From: Antedon mediterranea
Lineage: Eukaryota; Animalia; Echinodermata
Length of the DNA: 64,000 bases
Reading direction: 5' to 3'
NCBI RefSeq assembly: GCF_964355755.1
Contig: NC_092674.1
Span: forward strand, 26,970,001 to 27,034,000
Of this stretch, positions 26,357 through 37,980 are shown piece by piece. Position 1 is the first letter of the stretch. Every line of letters begins with the position of its first letter. The translations under genes and the position numbers were made by a program. Below the pieces are notes generated by a model that was not told where the DNA came from, made no database searches, and worked only from the letters and a program-made list of their open reading frames with translations.

Positions 26357-26772
26357 CGGTTTGTTACAGACGCTAGCAGTTGTAGGCATCATTTATACGA
26401 CAGCGGGGGAAACAACAAACACGTGGCTAAATCGGTAGCTAATACTTTGAATCGCCGACAGGATTTTGGTGTGAATGATACTGCTGGTGTTTTAAACCAA
26501 GTTCATTACAAATGCTAACACTGAGGGCAATCCGAAACAAGGACAACGATACAGTATCTAGCTAAATCGGTAATTAATGCTTGAATTTTCAACATGAATT
26601 TGGTGCAAATGATGTCGTCAAATGTACAAACTAAGTTAACAGTTTATTGATCATTACAGATGCTAACAAAATCAGTAATAAATACTTAGTATTTTCGACA
26701 GGAATTTGGTACGAATGAAACCGTTGAATGAATAGTAAGTTATCGGTTTATTAATCATTACGGATACTAGCA
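26357..26772 (+). repeat. Three degenerate tandem copies of the PHKA C-terminal coding segment, in the 3' UTR
   Basis: GCTAAA(G/T)CGGTAGCTAATACTTTGAAT..CGACAGGA.TTTGGT..GAATGAT recurs at about 26279 (coding), 26426, 26561 and 26670. Confidence 0.85.
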
Positions 26773-27428
26773 TAATTTAAGAGGCTAGATGTAAGGTGCG
26801 TGGTAATTGAAAGCAAACGACAGCAGGATGCAGCAAACAGGCTTCATTATTATTGTTTATAGTATTTTATAGAAGCTGCATTCAAACTAATTAATAACAG
26901 TCACAAACTGGTGATTAGATGGGAGTGCGTAATGAGCCACAGATAAATCCATTAAATCATGAGAGAAACGATGGGAAAATGAGACAATCAGGAAGACAAA
27001 AGAGTTGGTTTAAGAAACGTGACCTACAAAACCTTTATAGGTATATTGTCCTCTTAAAAAAAATTTAAAAAAAAAAAATTGTCGCATAACTGTTATTTTA
27101 CCAAAAATTGATTTTAAAATATATATATATATATATATATGTAACTTGTGGTGAATTTAAAGCAGATCATGTATTGAAAGTGCTTGATACAAGATGTGGA
27201 GCCAAATAGAAATAAATGATAAAGAGGCTTCTAAATTATTTAAAATCTTTATCATTTAATTCTATATATTGCACTGATGAAGGGCTAGTGTTTCTGGCTG
27301 TTTTACTTTATCGTTTTGATTTAGCTTTTCGCTTTTATTTTGTATCTCCATTGAGATCCAGCCACTGATAGCCACAGCATTGTCATTTTTTCAGTAATTT
27401 GCCTTTGGATTTATATATATATATATTT

Positions 27429-28468
27429 ATAATGAGAAGAATCAATTACAACGCTGCTTATAAGCACATTTACTTGTAGAATTAGCATTTACAGGTGATA
27501 TGTTTTGGAATGTCAGCTGTTATGTAACAATGCTTTCTTTCTGTGCCGGCAGGCGGACACAAGTTCGTTACGTTTGTTTAATGTCGATAATTCAGGGTGG
27601 CGGATGATAAATAATTTCTCTTTGAGGCAGAGATTGCATTTTTTGTTTGCGCTACTATATGCTTTAGTAGATGTCAAGATGCGCCATGAGGTTGTATAGT
27701 CTGTGTTATTGTCCTTGAGTGTCCAAATATGTTTACTGAGTTCAGTTGAGTTTCTAGAACGTGAATTACGGAATGATGAGGTGTGATTTCTGTATCGTGT
27801 TTTAAAATCATTTTCAGTTAGTCCGATATAAGTTTCCGAGGTGGATTTGTCTTTGCGTGTAACTGTGGCTTGGTATATTACAGATGATTGTAAGCAATTT
27901 CCGCTTAGCGGGCATGTGTTTTTCTGTCGGCAGTTGCATGTTTTGTTTTCTTGCGTGTTTTCCACGGATGTTGTTTCGGGCTGGTTGAGTATTCTCTTGT
28001 TGTGACTGTCTATTATCTGTTTCATATTGTTCATACAACTGTAGCTAATCTATACAACCTCATGGCGCATCTTGACATCTACTAAAGCATATAGTAGCGC
28101 AAACAAAAAATGCAATCTCTGCCTCAAAGAAAAATTATTTATCATCCGCCACCCTGAATTATCGACATTAAACAAACGTAACGAACTTGTGTCCGCCTGC
28201 CGGCACAGAAAGAAAGCATTGTTACATAACAGCTGACATTCCAAAACATATCACCTGTAAATGCTAATTCTACAAGTAAATGTGCTTATAAGCAGCGTTG
28301 TAATTGATTCTTCTCATTATAGTCTCCTGATGAGTGAGTTGCACGACTCACGAAACAAGCCTGTAGAGACCAAACTGTAGTTTTTACTTCTTTTCCAGAC
28401 TTAACGTATATTTTAGCTCTACTTTACCGTATTGAGCACTTTCTAGACGGTTACATTGAACCGAACAT
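27429..28468 (-). mobile_element. 5'-truncated Penelope-like retroelement (GIY-YIG endonuclease with Cys-rich linker) with 271-bp inverted duplication, inserted in (TA)n
   Basis: Minus ORF 27513-28034, extended upstream by ISYSC: CNCRQKNTCPLSGNC, VIYQA, YIGLTE..FKTRY.NH, ELSKHIW, CNLCLKEK, LNKRNE..CRH. Arms 27429-27699 and 28050-28320 are reverse complements. TA-rich flanks on both sides. Confidence 0.9.
28322..28370 (+). ncRNA. Type I hammerhead ribozyme
   Basis: GTCTC-CTGATGA-GTGAGT-TGCACG-ACTCAC-GAA-ACA-AGCC-TGT-A-GAGAC: stem I GTCTC/GAGAC, canonical CUGAUGA and GAAA, 6-bp stem II, 3-bp stem III with tetraloop, GUA cleavage triplet (28363-28365). Confidence 0.88.
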
Positions 28469-28857
28469 TTATATATATTTATATATATGTATCCAATCTG
28501 CAGACAGTAGTACTGTTTTGATCTTATTAGATCTCGTCAGTGGAGCTCAGGTTTCGAAATGAAATGTACCGCAGAACTGGCATTTATATATATGTATATA
28601 TTTTACCTGATAAAACAATAATAATTTGAAAATAAGTTGTAACATAAGCAAAATTATTTTTGTTCTTTTTTTGGAAGCGAAAGTGAATATTACCTAATTT
28701 AAACTGTAAAATGGCCTATTCATTTATTTATTATACATAAAACAGTGCCACTGTGTAATCTTTGCACATAAACAGCAAAAATTTATTATAAACAGTAAAA
28801 GTGTAAACTGTAATTTTACAGTCATATTGCAGGAATGCTGAAAACTTTCCAGTCTTA

Positions 28858-29018
28858 AACTCTGTCGAACTTTATGTGACAAAAAAATGTGATGTGCCCA
28901 TATATGGGTGTAATGATGTCATATCACTACCTTATTTAAGCATATCACTACCTTATTTAGGCATATCACTACCATTTAGGCACATCACAAACTAGTTTGA
29001 TAGTATAGACAGAGCTTT
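28858..29018. mobile_element. MITE family A copy
   Basis: AAACTCTGTC..CTTTATGTGACAAAAAAATGTGATGTGCCC ... GTTTGATAGTATAGACAGAGCTT. Confidence 0.8.
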
Positions 29019-29261
29019 AGAGAGTGAAGTATTAGTTAAACTATGGTTACCTTGAAACTTGTTGTCCATGGAACGATTCCAAAATGTATTAATTACATAA
29101 AGCCGTTGGCCCAAGTTAATATGCAATATAATTTACATAGATTAAACAGTTGGAAAGAAATCAAATCTTAATTGTTGGATATAAGATTCTGAAAAGTGGA
29201 AATTTATCAAAAAAGTTGCAAAAGGGATGTTTTAAGTTGAAGTTTTAGTTTGATGGTTTAG

Positions 29262-29480
29262 ATGGAAGCTTTAGTATCCAGTGTTCAGGTTTCATGTCTT
29301 TACTTTGGGATGGTGCTCTGGGCTGTTTTAGTTATATGTTTTAGGCAGGTGGTTTAGAATGAAGCTTTAGTATCCAGTTTTCAGGTTTCATGTCTTTACT
29401 TTGGGATGGTGCTCTGGGCTGTTTTAGTTATATGTTTTAGGCAGGTGGTTTAGAATGAAGCTTTCATATTCAGTGTTCAT
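29262..29480. repeat. ~96-bp tandem duplication
   Basis: GAAGCTTTAGTATCCAGT..CAGGTTTCATGTCTTTACTTTGGGATGGTGCTCTGGGCTGTTTTAGTTATATGTTTTAGGCAGGTGGTTTAGAAT occurs twice, plus partial copies. Confidence 0.85.
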
Positions 29481-30454
29481 GTCTTTGGAAGATCATAATG
29501 TTGATGTGAGACTTGTTCTGGAGTGTTTTAGATTGATGTTTTTAAGTTGAAGTTTTAGTTTGATGATTTAGAATAAAGCATTCATATCTATCCTTGGAAG
29601 AGCATATTATTGTTGCTGGACTATAACTTTTTCTGAATGTTTTGTTTTTATTTCTTATTGTTCATAAATGGGGACTTATCTCAATAATATATTTGATGAT
29701 GTGTGAGACAATATTACTAAAGTCAGTGAGATTATTATTATAAAAATTGTCTTCCAATCTTAAAGGGTAGCTCCGGACATAACGTTTCTATTTGTTGATT
29801 GTAATATATCAACATTGTTAAAAACATTGATAACAATAAAATAAAAAGTGATGCTACAGGTATTGTTTATTTGGATGGTCGTTCTCCTTTACTGCTGACA
29901 AAAAATAAGTTGGGTAATTATTATCTCCGATCGAGCTGAAACTCTTGACCAATAGTATAACTCATGGAGTGTTGAAAGCGTAGGGTCAAAGGTCACACAA
30001 TTCATACTGTATGACTGGGTTTATGTTCTATTCAACATAGTTTCTCGAGTTGTCAATGTTTTTGGTAAAGTTTTTATTATAGAATGTTATTCATGGAGCC
30101 ATCCCTATTCCTGGGTTAGAATCCAGCAATGTCATTAAATGATAGTTGCTTTTAATCCACTCATGTTTGCTGCATGTTACCATTACTAATCCCCTTCCAG
30201 TCTGTAGTCATTGGTTCGAATCATGATGTAATTATGCCTAAATAGAAAAGATCTAACGGCCTTATTGTATTAGTAACTCAATAATCAAATACTTATTAAT
30301 AGGATACTTTCCCATGACTAAAAGAAATATTACTACCATTCACCAAAGCATCCTGTGCGTGTAGAATCATAAGATACATCGAATTAAAATTAATAATAAT
30401 TAGTATTTTATGCTTTTATGTGACCTGCCTCATATTTAGTTTTAATTGTAATAA

Positions 30455-31761
30455 CTAGATGGTACGCTCGCTTCGCTCGCGTACCATCTAGGTCGTGCCC
30501 ACAGATGGTTCTCGAATACATAATAATTTCAGCGTAACAAAACTGGCGATTTCAAATGTACGTACCGCAGGACTATAGGCCTATACATTGTCGTTTACAG
30601 AAACAAATAAATAGACACGATGATTTATGTAGTCAACTAAAATTAGCACCCTGGGAATTACTTCCGAAGGAGAAACTTATCACAAAATGAGTCCAAGTTT
30701 TTGATTTGGACTCATTTGTGTTTTGTATGTAACATTAGGGTTGAGGGATGGGAAAGCGGATAGGTACAAAGAGGAACAATTTTTAAATATATTCTTTATC
30801 CACTCAGTAACGAAATATTTTTTTCATGTTTTATAGGCCTATAAATAATATACCTCTAAATACAGTAAAACATTTGCGATTTAATACTTTTTTTATTTTA
30901 TTTATTTATTTATTTCTTTTAAATATTCATTGTACACTAATTTTCCCCGTGTATGGCAAGATATTCCTAATTATATTAGAGAACATTCTTTATTTAGTTT
31001 AGTTAAAACTGTCACTGTCATAATCGATTGAAATATTAAAGTACCATGTCACGATACACCACTACGACGTTTATATTTGGTAATTATTAATTAATACAAA
31101 CGTTGAGAAAGAACTGTCAGTATAAAGTTTATTTGTATATAATAATGTGTTTATATATCTAACAGTAGAGCCTATCCACAATCTCGCAAGTTTATTCTCA
31201 AAGGGCCCATATATTTACCTACCGTATGTGTTAAACCAAGGGCTCATAAATTTACCTACAGTACTTGTGTTAAACCAAACTCTGGCAGACTGAGAGATTG
31301 GGATGTTCCATTCATCGCAAATCAATAGATTTGTATAATCGTATATTAAATCTATCAAAATAGTATTTTTTAAAGAAAATCGGCCTGTCTTCAACATTAT
31401 GATGGTGTACTCTAGCTGTTCAACCGGTTTTCAGCTATTAAAAACAATTATCGTAGGAGGAGATAGGAAAATGCGAAGCCTCCTCGCATTTTTGTGGCGG
31501 GTATTTTTCAAGACGGACATCCATTATACAGTGTATACCACGGTCGGAAAACACCCCTATTTGGGGCAAATCTTGGAACCTAAATTCGTTTTAACCGTCA
31601 ATAACTTATTATCTAACTTAATTTAATTAGTAAACAGGGTTACATCAGGTGGTTAAAATCAGTACCGAAAGTACGAACCAACTTTATATACCATCGAGTA
31701 AAAATTATAGAAGTAAGGCGCGATTTACCGAATTTTGCCCTTACGTAAATTTATATATAGA
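30455..31761 (-). mobile_element. Non-autonomous Helitron
   Basis: On the minus strand: host A | TCTATATATAAA ... CTAG | host T. Perfect 13-bp terminal hairpin CTAGATGGTACGC (30455-30467) / GCGTACCATCTAG (30479-30491). No TSD. Confidence 0.72.
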
Positions 31762-32304
31762 TGTTAGCTCCAGGAAAGTTTTTTTTGGTGAAGAATCATT
31801 TTTTCATGGTAGAGTAGAGTTGTGTAGGTTGAATAGCAATAATGACTAAAAAATGGCTCCCAGTCGCGATATTTCTTTTCGTACTTAAGTTGGGGACTCC
31901 TCATGAACCGTCGCAAGATAAACATGAATATTCATTAGTTATACCTATAAGGTGTGACGTAAGAATTCGCTAATGCAAACGCTTTCTGTCGAACCGTCTG
32001 TGTAGTCGATTGGACTTGCATGTCGATGTATAGAGTTCGAATCCCATGAGCTACTTCTTTTTACTTTATAGATTGATAGAGGTTATTTAAGGTTAGGTTT
32101 AGTTATATTTAGAAAGTAGTTAGGCCTATCTATCTTACACTGACTTATGTACAGTACAAAAAAAAATCTGCTTCCAGCCATCCCTCCTCCTCATCCTGGC
32201 CATCCGCCTTCCTTCCCTTCTCTCTTGCTTGATCCTGCAAGTCCTTATTTCGTAAAAACATAGATTTAGAAGTAGTGAAGTGCGTAGATCAGAAATCACC
32301 TTTA

Positions 32305-32542
32305 AAGCTTGGTTTCCACGAGGACACTGCAAGAATGTACGCGCTTTTTACTTAATTAAATTTGACCAATCATCTGAATTGTCGCGTGTCATTGGTAAAA
32401 TTACGTTGCGCGTGCCACCTAGAGTGAGAATAACGCAAGCACGTAATTTGACCACACACGTCCGAACTGTCGCTTTTGATTGGTCAACTTGCTTGCGTTT
32501 TTCTTAGGTCTTGCGTTGCGTCCTAGTGGGAATTAAGGTTTA
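32305..32542. mobile_element. MITE family B copy (TIR AAGCTTGGTTCCCACTAGGAC-like)
   Basis: AAGCTTGGTTTCCACGAGGAC ... GTCCTAGTGGGAATTAAGGTTT with internal TGACCAATC / GATTGGTCAA and CTTGCGTTGCG. Relatives at about 1904, 13843, 35230-35510, 37843-37980 and 61740-61800. Confidence 0.7.
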
Positions 32543-35500
32543 GTTGAAGGATAAGGAGGTGAAAATGTTGTGAATTATTTCAGGGCAAAGGAAGAGGCGA
32601 TTTAGATTTATTTTGTGTGATATTTAGAACCGTTCCTAGAAACAAGGAAGTTCTAATAGTGTGCATGCAGTGTGTCGATAATCTAGTAAGCATGGGTTAT
32701 GGTGATGATGTTATTTTAATGAAAGTATTTCTGTAAACGTACCAAGTTCAGAATTGTTACTAGTCAGAGTGAGTATAACGCTACGCACTAGGAAGTACTT
32801 AATTCACAGTGTCACATCGAATTGGGTGTTGAAACACCTAACACAACCTGCCACATGGTATAATAGCACTATTGTATAGAATATAACTAATCTAATCACT
32901 CAGTGTTTCCATTACTGTAGCATCAAGAAACGTTCTCAAATCCGCTACTAAAGCTTTGAATAATTTTTATATTAGGCCTATTTAGCTATGGTTATTATAC
33001 TTTTTAATTTTGTTTATAGTGTAATTATTTTATTATTGATAACACGATTGAGTCAGCCATTTTGGTGCAATAAAAAAAACAATGTTTTAAAATAAAAGCT
33101 TTATAAAACTATTTTTGGAGTGTCTTGTGTTTTTTTTTTGGATTAAATTTTTAGCATTAATTATTAAAATCGCCATAAACAATCGGACCACTCACAAGCA
33201 TTCTACATTTATGATTGATTTTAAATGCGCAAAATGTGTTTAGATATGATAATGCCGCGTCGTGAAATCGAAAAGCCCTCTGTTGCGCAGACGACAAGGG
33301 CAACAACCGTCAATGAAGTGTCGACTGAAATGTCGCCAGTTAATCGTCTCTAGATGAATTAGGTCACACCCTTTTTTGCATCGATAAATCTGTCAGTGCC
33401 CCCACCATTAACATGTCACGTGATACTAATTTTGTAACCAAACCCATGTTGTCGCATTGTCGACAAGTGTTTGAACTTAATGTCAATTAATAGTTCCACA
33501 CCTTTAAAATGTCACTTAAGATGATGAGTCAATCTTTTGAGGACATTTACCACACCCTTTGTCGCTTGACTAGAATAAATGTCAACTGAGCGCCAAGGTG
33601 TCACACACATAATGCCACATGTGTCAATCGTATACCGCACCACACCTTTCGGGTTGTGTCGCATGGACGAACATAAACTTCCACGTTATTCACAATGTCA
33701 TAGGGCCTGTTCGTAGGGGTTGAAAATACCAGCTTATTCCCGATTTCCGTTCACGTGACCCAATTAACTTTTGCCTCAGGCTACAAAAAATTCGAGGCAA
33801 AATGTTCACCAAATTTGCAGGTTATTTCAGCGATAATCCAATTATAGATAAGGTAATCAATGGTTAATTGGACAATTAAGTCGGTACGCGGCCTACGTAA
33901 TAATGCGTATGATAATCACCGCACGGATTTTCTGTACGTGCTCGCGTCGGCTTTTGACACTCTTTATTGTGGTTAGTGGTGTGACACACAAGTGTGGCAC
34001 ACAAGGTGTTGTTTAATTTCAATTTAACTATTTCCTTGGTAAATTTTTATCATAAAATTAATTATGGTTTTAACAAAATGAATCGATTCCGCCGCGAAGG
34101 ATCGTCGTGGTTTAAAAGGTTATTTTGGCTCATACACACATTGCCAAAGTTTACAACCTCATTATATTCAATAAGTATTTAGCCTAGGGGTTGAAATTGC
34201 ATAAAGTATCTAAGATATGTATTAGTTTAACCGTATTGGATATAACCTATGGGGGACCGCCCGCCCTGTTCCCCCTCTAAATTCGAATACCAAAATTATA
34301 CATAATAGATTTAAACAAATTGACTTTAAATTGAATTACTTAGAACAACGTTACATAGAATATAAAAACAGATGATTTTGTCATTGTAATATTACTCTGT
34401 GTACACGTGTATTGTAATTTAAAGAGGATATTGTTTAGGAAAATCGCAAAGAATGCATACAAATCTAATTTTTTAACTTAACCTGTTTGCCTTGACTTTC
34501 ACCCTATGCTAACGTAAAAAAGCTGATTTGATTTCGATAGAGCATTGCCTGTGTGAAATTAAGAATAGACATAATGTTGTAGACCTACCGTACTGTGATT
34601 TTGAATCTGTTTTATTTTGTGATTATTATAAGCGAACGAACTCCAATCAAGGGATGATGAAAACAGATCGATACATTGTGGAATCGATATCATTATGGAA
34701 TCGACCATTGTGGAATCGATGGTGGAATGTCTTGATCATTTTGGTCAGAGAAGAGTGAACCTTCTATGGTAAACTGTGGTAACGTTAACTGGATGCCGAA
34801 ATACTGTACCACCGTCAACGAGAGTTTTTTATATTTAACAGAAACTGTTACAAAAGAATATAGCGTTTAGCAATAACTATAAACTTTTATCTCGTTTTCA
34901 CTTGAATTTGTCAAGGAACTGGATAAACTTATGATAGTTCCATATGGTTCGAGGGAAAATGCATTGTGGGATTACACATTTAGAAGGTCGAAATATTAGT
35001 CTTGAGTAATACAATTTTCTTTTTATACCCCACTTACCCTTCCCGTAACATAAAACAGAGAACTTTATCAATTAAGACGAAACTCAAACTCATTTCCTTC
35101 ATTAACGTTAATTAATGTTATAAGTTAATCAAGTATCTTTTTCAGTAATTATGCAATAATTATTTATTTTAGTTTATAGTGATACATTTTTGTTCCATTG
35201 CTCCCAAACGTCGTTATTGTTTTTCAGCCTCTTGGTTGGACGCAATCATTTGGAACCTATAGCGAGATTACCAAGACAAGTGACAGTTCGAATAATAATT
35301 ATATTTCTTGTGATTGGTCAAATTACTTACGCTTGCTTCCGGTCAAATCGCTCACGTTTCGCCTACGTCATGGCGTTTCGTCTCTAGTGAATAAGCGCAA
35401 CGTGAGTGATTTGACATAAGCGATGGATTATTATTGGTAAACTCGCTTGCGTTGCGCTTCAATAGGAACCTAGCCTCACTTTGCGCTTACGTCCTTGCGG

Positions 35501-37842
35501 GGAACCAAGCATTCGTTTCGTTATAAAAGTAGATATATATTCTTTTGGTTTCGATTATTTAACCTTCAAGTTGTCCTTTTATTTCTATATTACATTTGCT
35601 TTATTGTCAAGCCTCTTATTCTGAAAAAAAGTTTTAAAAGTGAAAATCCTGACCGCAGGGAAGCCGGAAACTAACTCGCGTGCGAATCAAGTTAGGCTAT
35701 CTGCTAAACCGGAAAATGATCAACTAGCACTTAACAAGACCCGTTAAAAACCCGAGACAACTTGATGTCAATGTAGGTTTTATTTCATGTAAAAATACTC
35801 TCTTGTGGTTCACAGTGTGCATTGTTTAATGCATATTATGCATGGTTTGGTGTGGTTTTGATGTTAGTGCGAATAAACCAATAGTTTCCTACGCAAATTT
35901 TAAACCACTTTAGTTTTGACAGTTTCCGCCGATTTAGAACGAATTTGTATTCTTCCGCCGAGTTTTTCCGGGATATAACTTTGAAATGTTTTCTGCACCA
36001 TCAACCCCGCTCCACCACCCGGTCCCAAATATAAAAAAAAGAGAAAAAAAAACTACCAAAAACAGAATTTCTATTTCGATAAACTTTACACACAAAATAA
36101 ATTATTAAAATCTGAATATTATTTTAATATTTATTAAAATTTTCTTTTTTTAATATATAGTAGGCCCCTATAAAAGCAAATGTTCGATGCATATGGTGTT
36201 TATAATATATACTGTAGGCCCTAAATGCAAAAATTAAATAAGAAAAACAAGAAATTATGTCTTTATTCAAAATGAGTACCGTAGGCCTATGTTACAAAGA
36301 TATGAAATAATGTGAGAGAATCTCACAAAAGAGAGAAGAAAAAAAGCAAATTATTATTTTGTACAGATTGTAATTTATGTTAATATACTTGATAATGAAT
36401 CCACGAACAGTCTTTACTGATCGTTAAATAGAAATATTATGTAGTATATTTTCAGTGCTAACGAATGGTCTTCAATTAGAGGAAATAATCTTAATTGGAC
36501 ATGTCCTTAAGTTGAATTGTATTAATTGGGAGAGACGGTTATCAATCAACAACAATATATGATGTTCTTGTGACATTGGTATTCTATAGGACTTATTCAA
36601 TTACCGTAGATAGCCAAAATGACAATTTGTTATTAGGCTTATACTAAATAATAATGAATTATACCGTGATTAAAATACCTTATCACCAGCTGAGTGCACT
36701 TATAATTAGATAACTGTTTTAAGGACGATATAGAACCAAAATGCAATCTTTCATCAGTAAAAAGGATGTATTTTTTATCTACGATAAATGTGCGCGCGGC
36801 ATATGATATCCTACCGTAGTATTTCAAATCAAATTGTAAACTTTTCTCGTTTAATTTAGTTGAAATTTAAAAAATAATAATCGTTGGAAAAGCTACAGTT
36901 AAAAACTGACCAACAACTGTGAAATTATACAGCAATGTAATGAATAAAAAATAATTACACCATGGACAAACGTTTGTCCATGACAGTACGTAGTTACTGA
37001 TTGTGTTACGATGAAGTCCGCCTTCTATCGACAGCTTCGTTGCTGTCTCCTTTCCACACCACCAGATAATTATATAATATAGTTCCCAACATTCAGGAAC
37101 AATCATGACAGAAAACGGGGGTATCCGTGCAACATACACCATTAATTTTTGGAATATGCGCGCCTATTTAGGCCTACAAATTATAATTCCAAATTGCGAC
37201 AACTTTTTCTTTTACTTTCCTCTTTTCTTGGTGTTTTTCTTTCCTCTAAAAGGTGTTTTACCCATCCTCACATTAATACTCGAAACCCATCTTTTTCTGA
37301 TTCTTAAAAAGAACTGGGATTTGTTGTATTTGGTTTCAAATTATAATCCCATTATTTGGGCTGACGTCATTTACGTTTGATTAGCAAAGAATAAGTAGTG
37401 GGTAATTAACATTAGAGAGGCTCTTTAAAGGTCTAATGTTATGCGTTTACTTTTCGAAGGCTATATTCAATTTATATTTTGCACATAGAGTTGTTATAGT
37501 AGCCTACAGTATTAGTAACTATTGTTATATAACCGACATGTTTCTCCATGGTCATACAAAGATGTTATGTTAAATTTTGCCAATTTGTCTTGCTGTTGGT
37601 TCCGGTTCATTTGTCCTGCCTTCTTATTGGTTGCAAGTGAAGATATTGAGCCAACTGCCCCGTAGAATTGCGATTTGCACACCAGGTCAAGGTAGCATTA
37701 GTCGAGGCGTTATAAGCTTGTTTTTTATGAAAAATTTCCAGCCAGATTCATCATTTCAAAGTTAAAATCTTTCACTGTTTTCCTAATTTTTACTAGTTGT
37801 TGGTTCAGGTTGATTTACCCCCGTCTGGCACGAAATGTAAAG

Positions 37843-37980
37843 TTTGGTTCCCGGCCTAGGACGTAACGCAGGGACGAAAGCGCAACGCAAGCGAGATGAC
37901 TAATGACAAGCGATTTTTGTGATTGGTAAAATTACTTGCGTTGCGCTTACGTCCTTGCGTTACGTCCCAGCGGGAACTTT
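37843..37980. mobile_element. MITE family B copy
   Basis: GGTTCCC..CTAGGACGTAACGCAGGGACGAAAGCGCAACGCAAG ... CTTGCGTTGCGCTTACGTCCTTGCGTTACGTCCCAGCGGGAAC long inverted arms. Confidence 0.8.

Noticed and set aside
27505-28244. Two identical 64-aa ORFs on opposite strands
   Set aside because: Antisense shadows of the inverted Penelope arms, not genes.
31995-32062. tRNA-like A box (TAGTCGATTGG) and B box (GTTCGAATCC) followed by a T-run
   Set aside because: No cloverleaf or acceptor stem could be formed; at best a SINE or repeat remnant.
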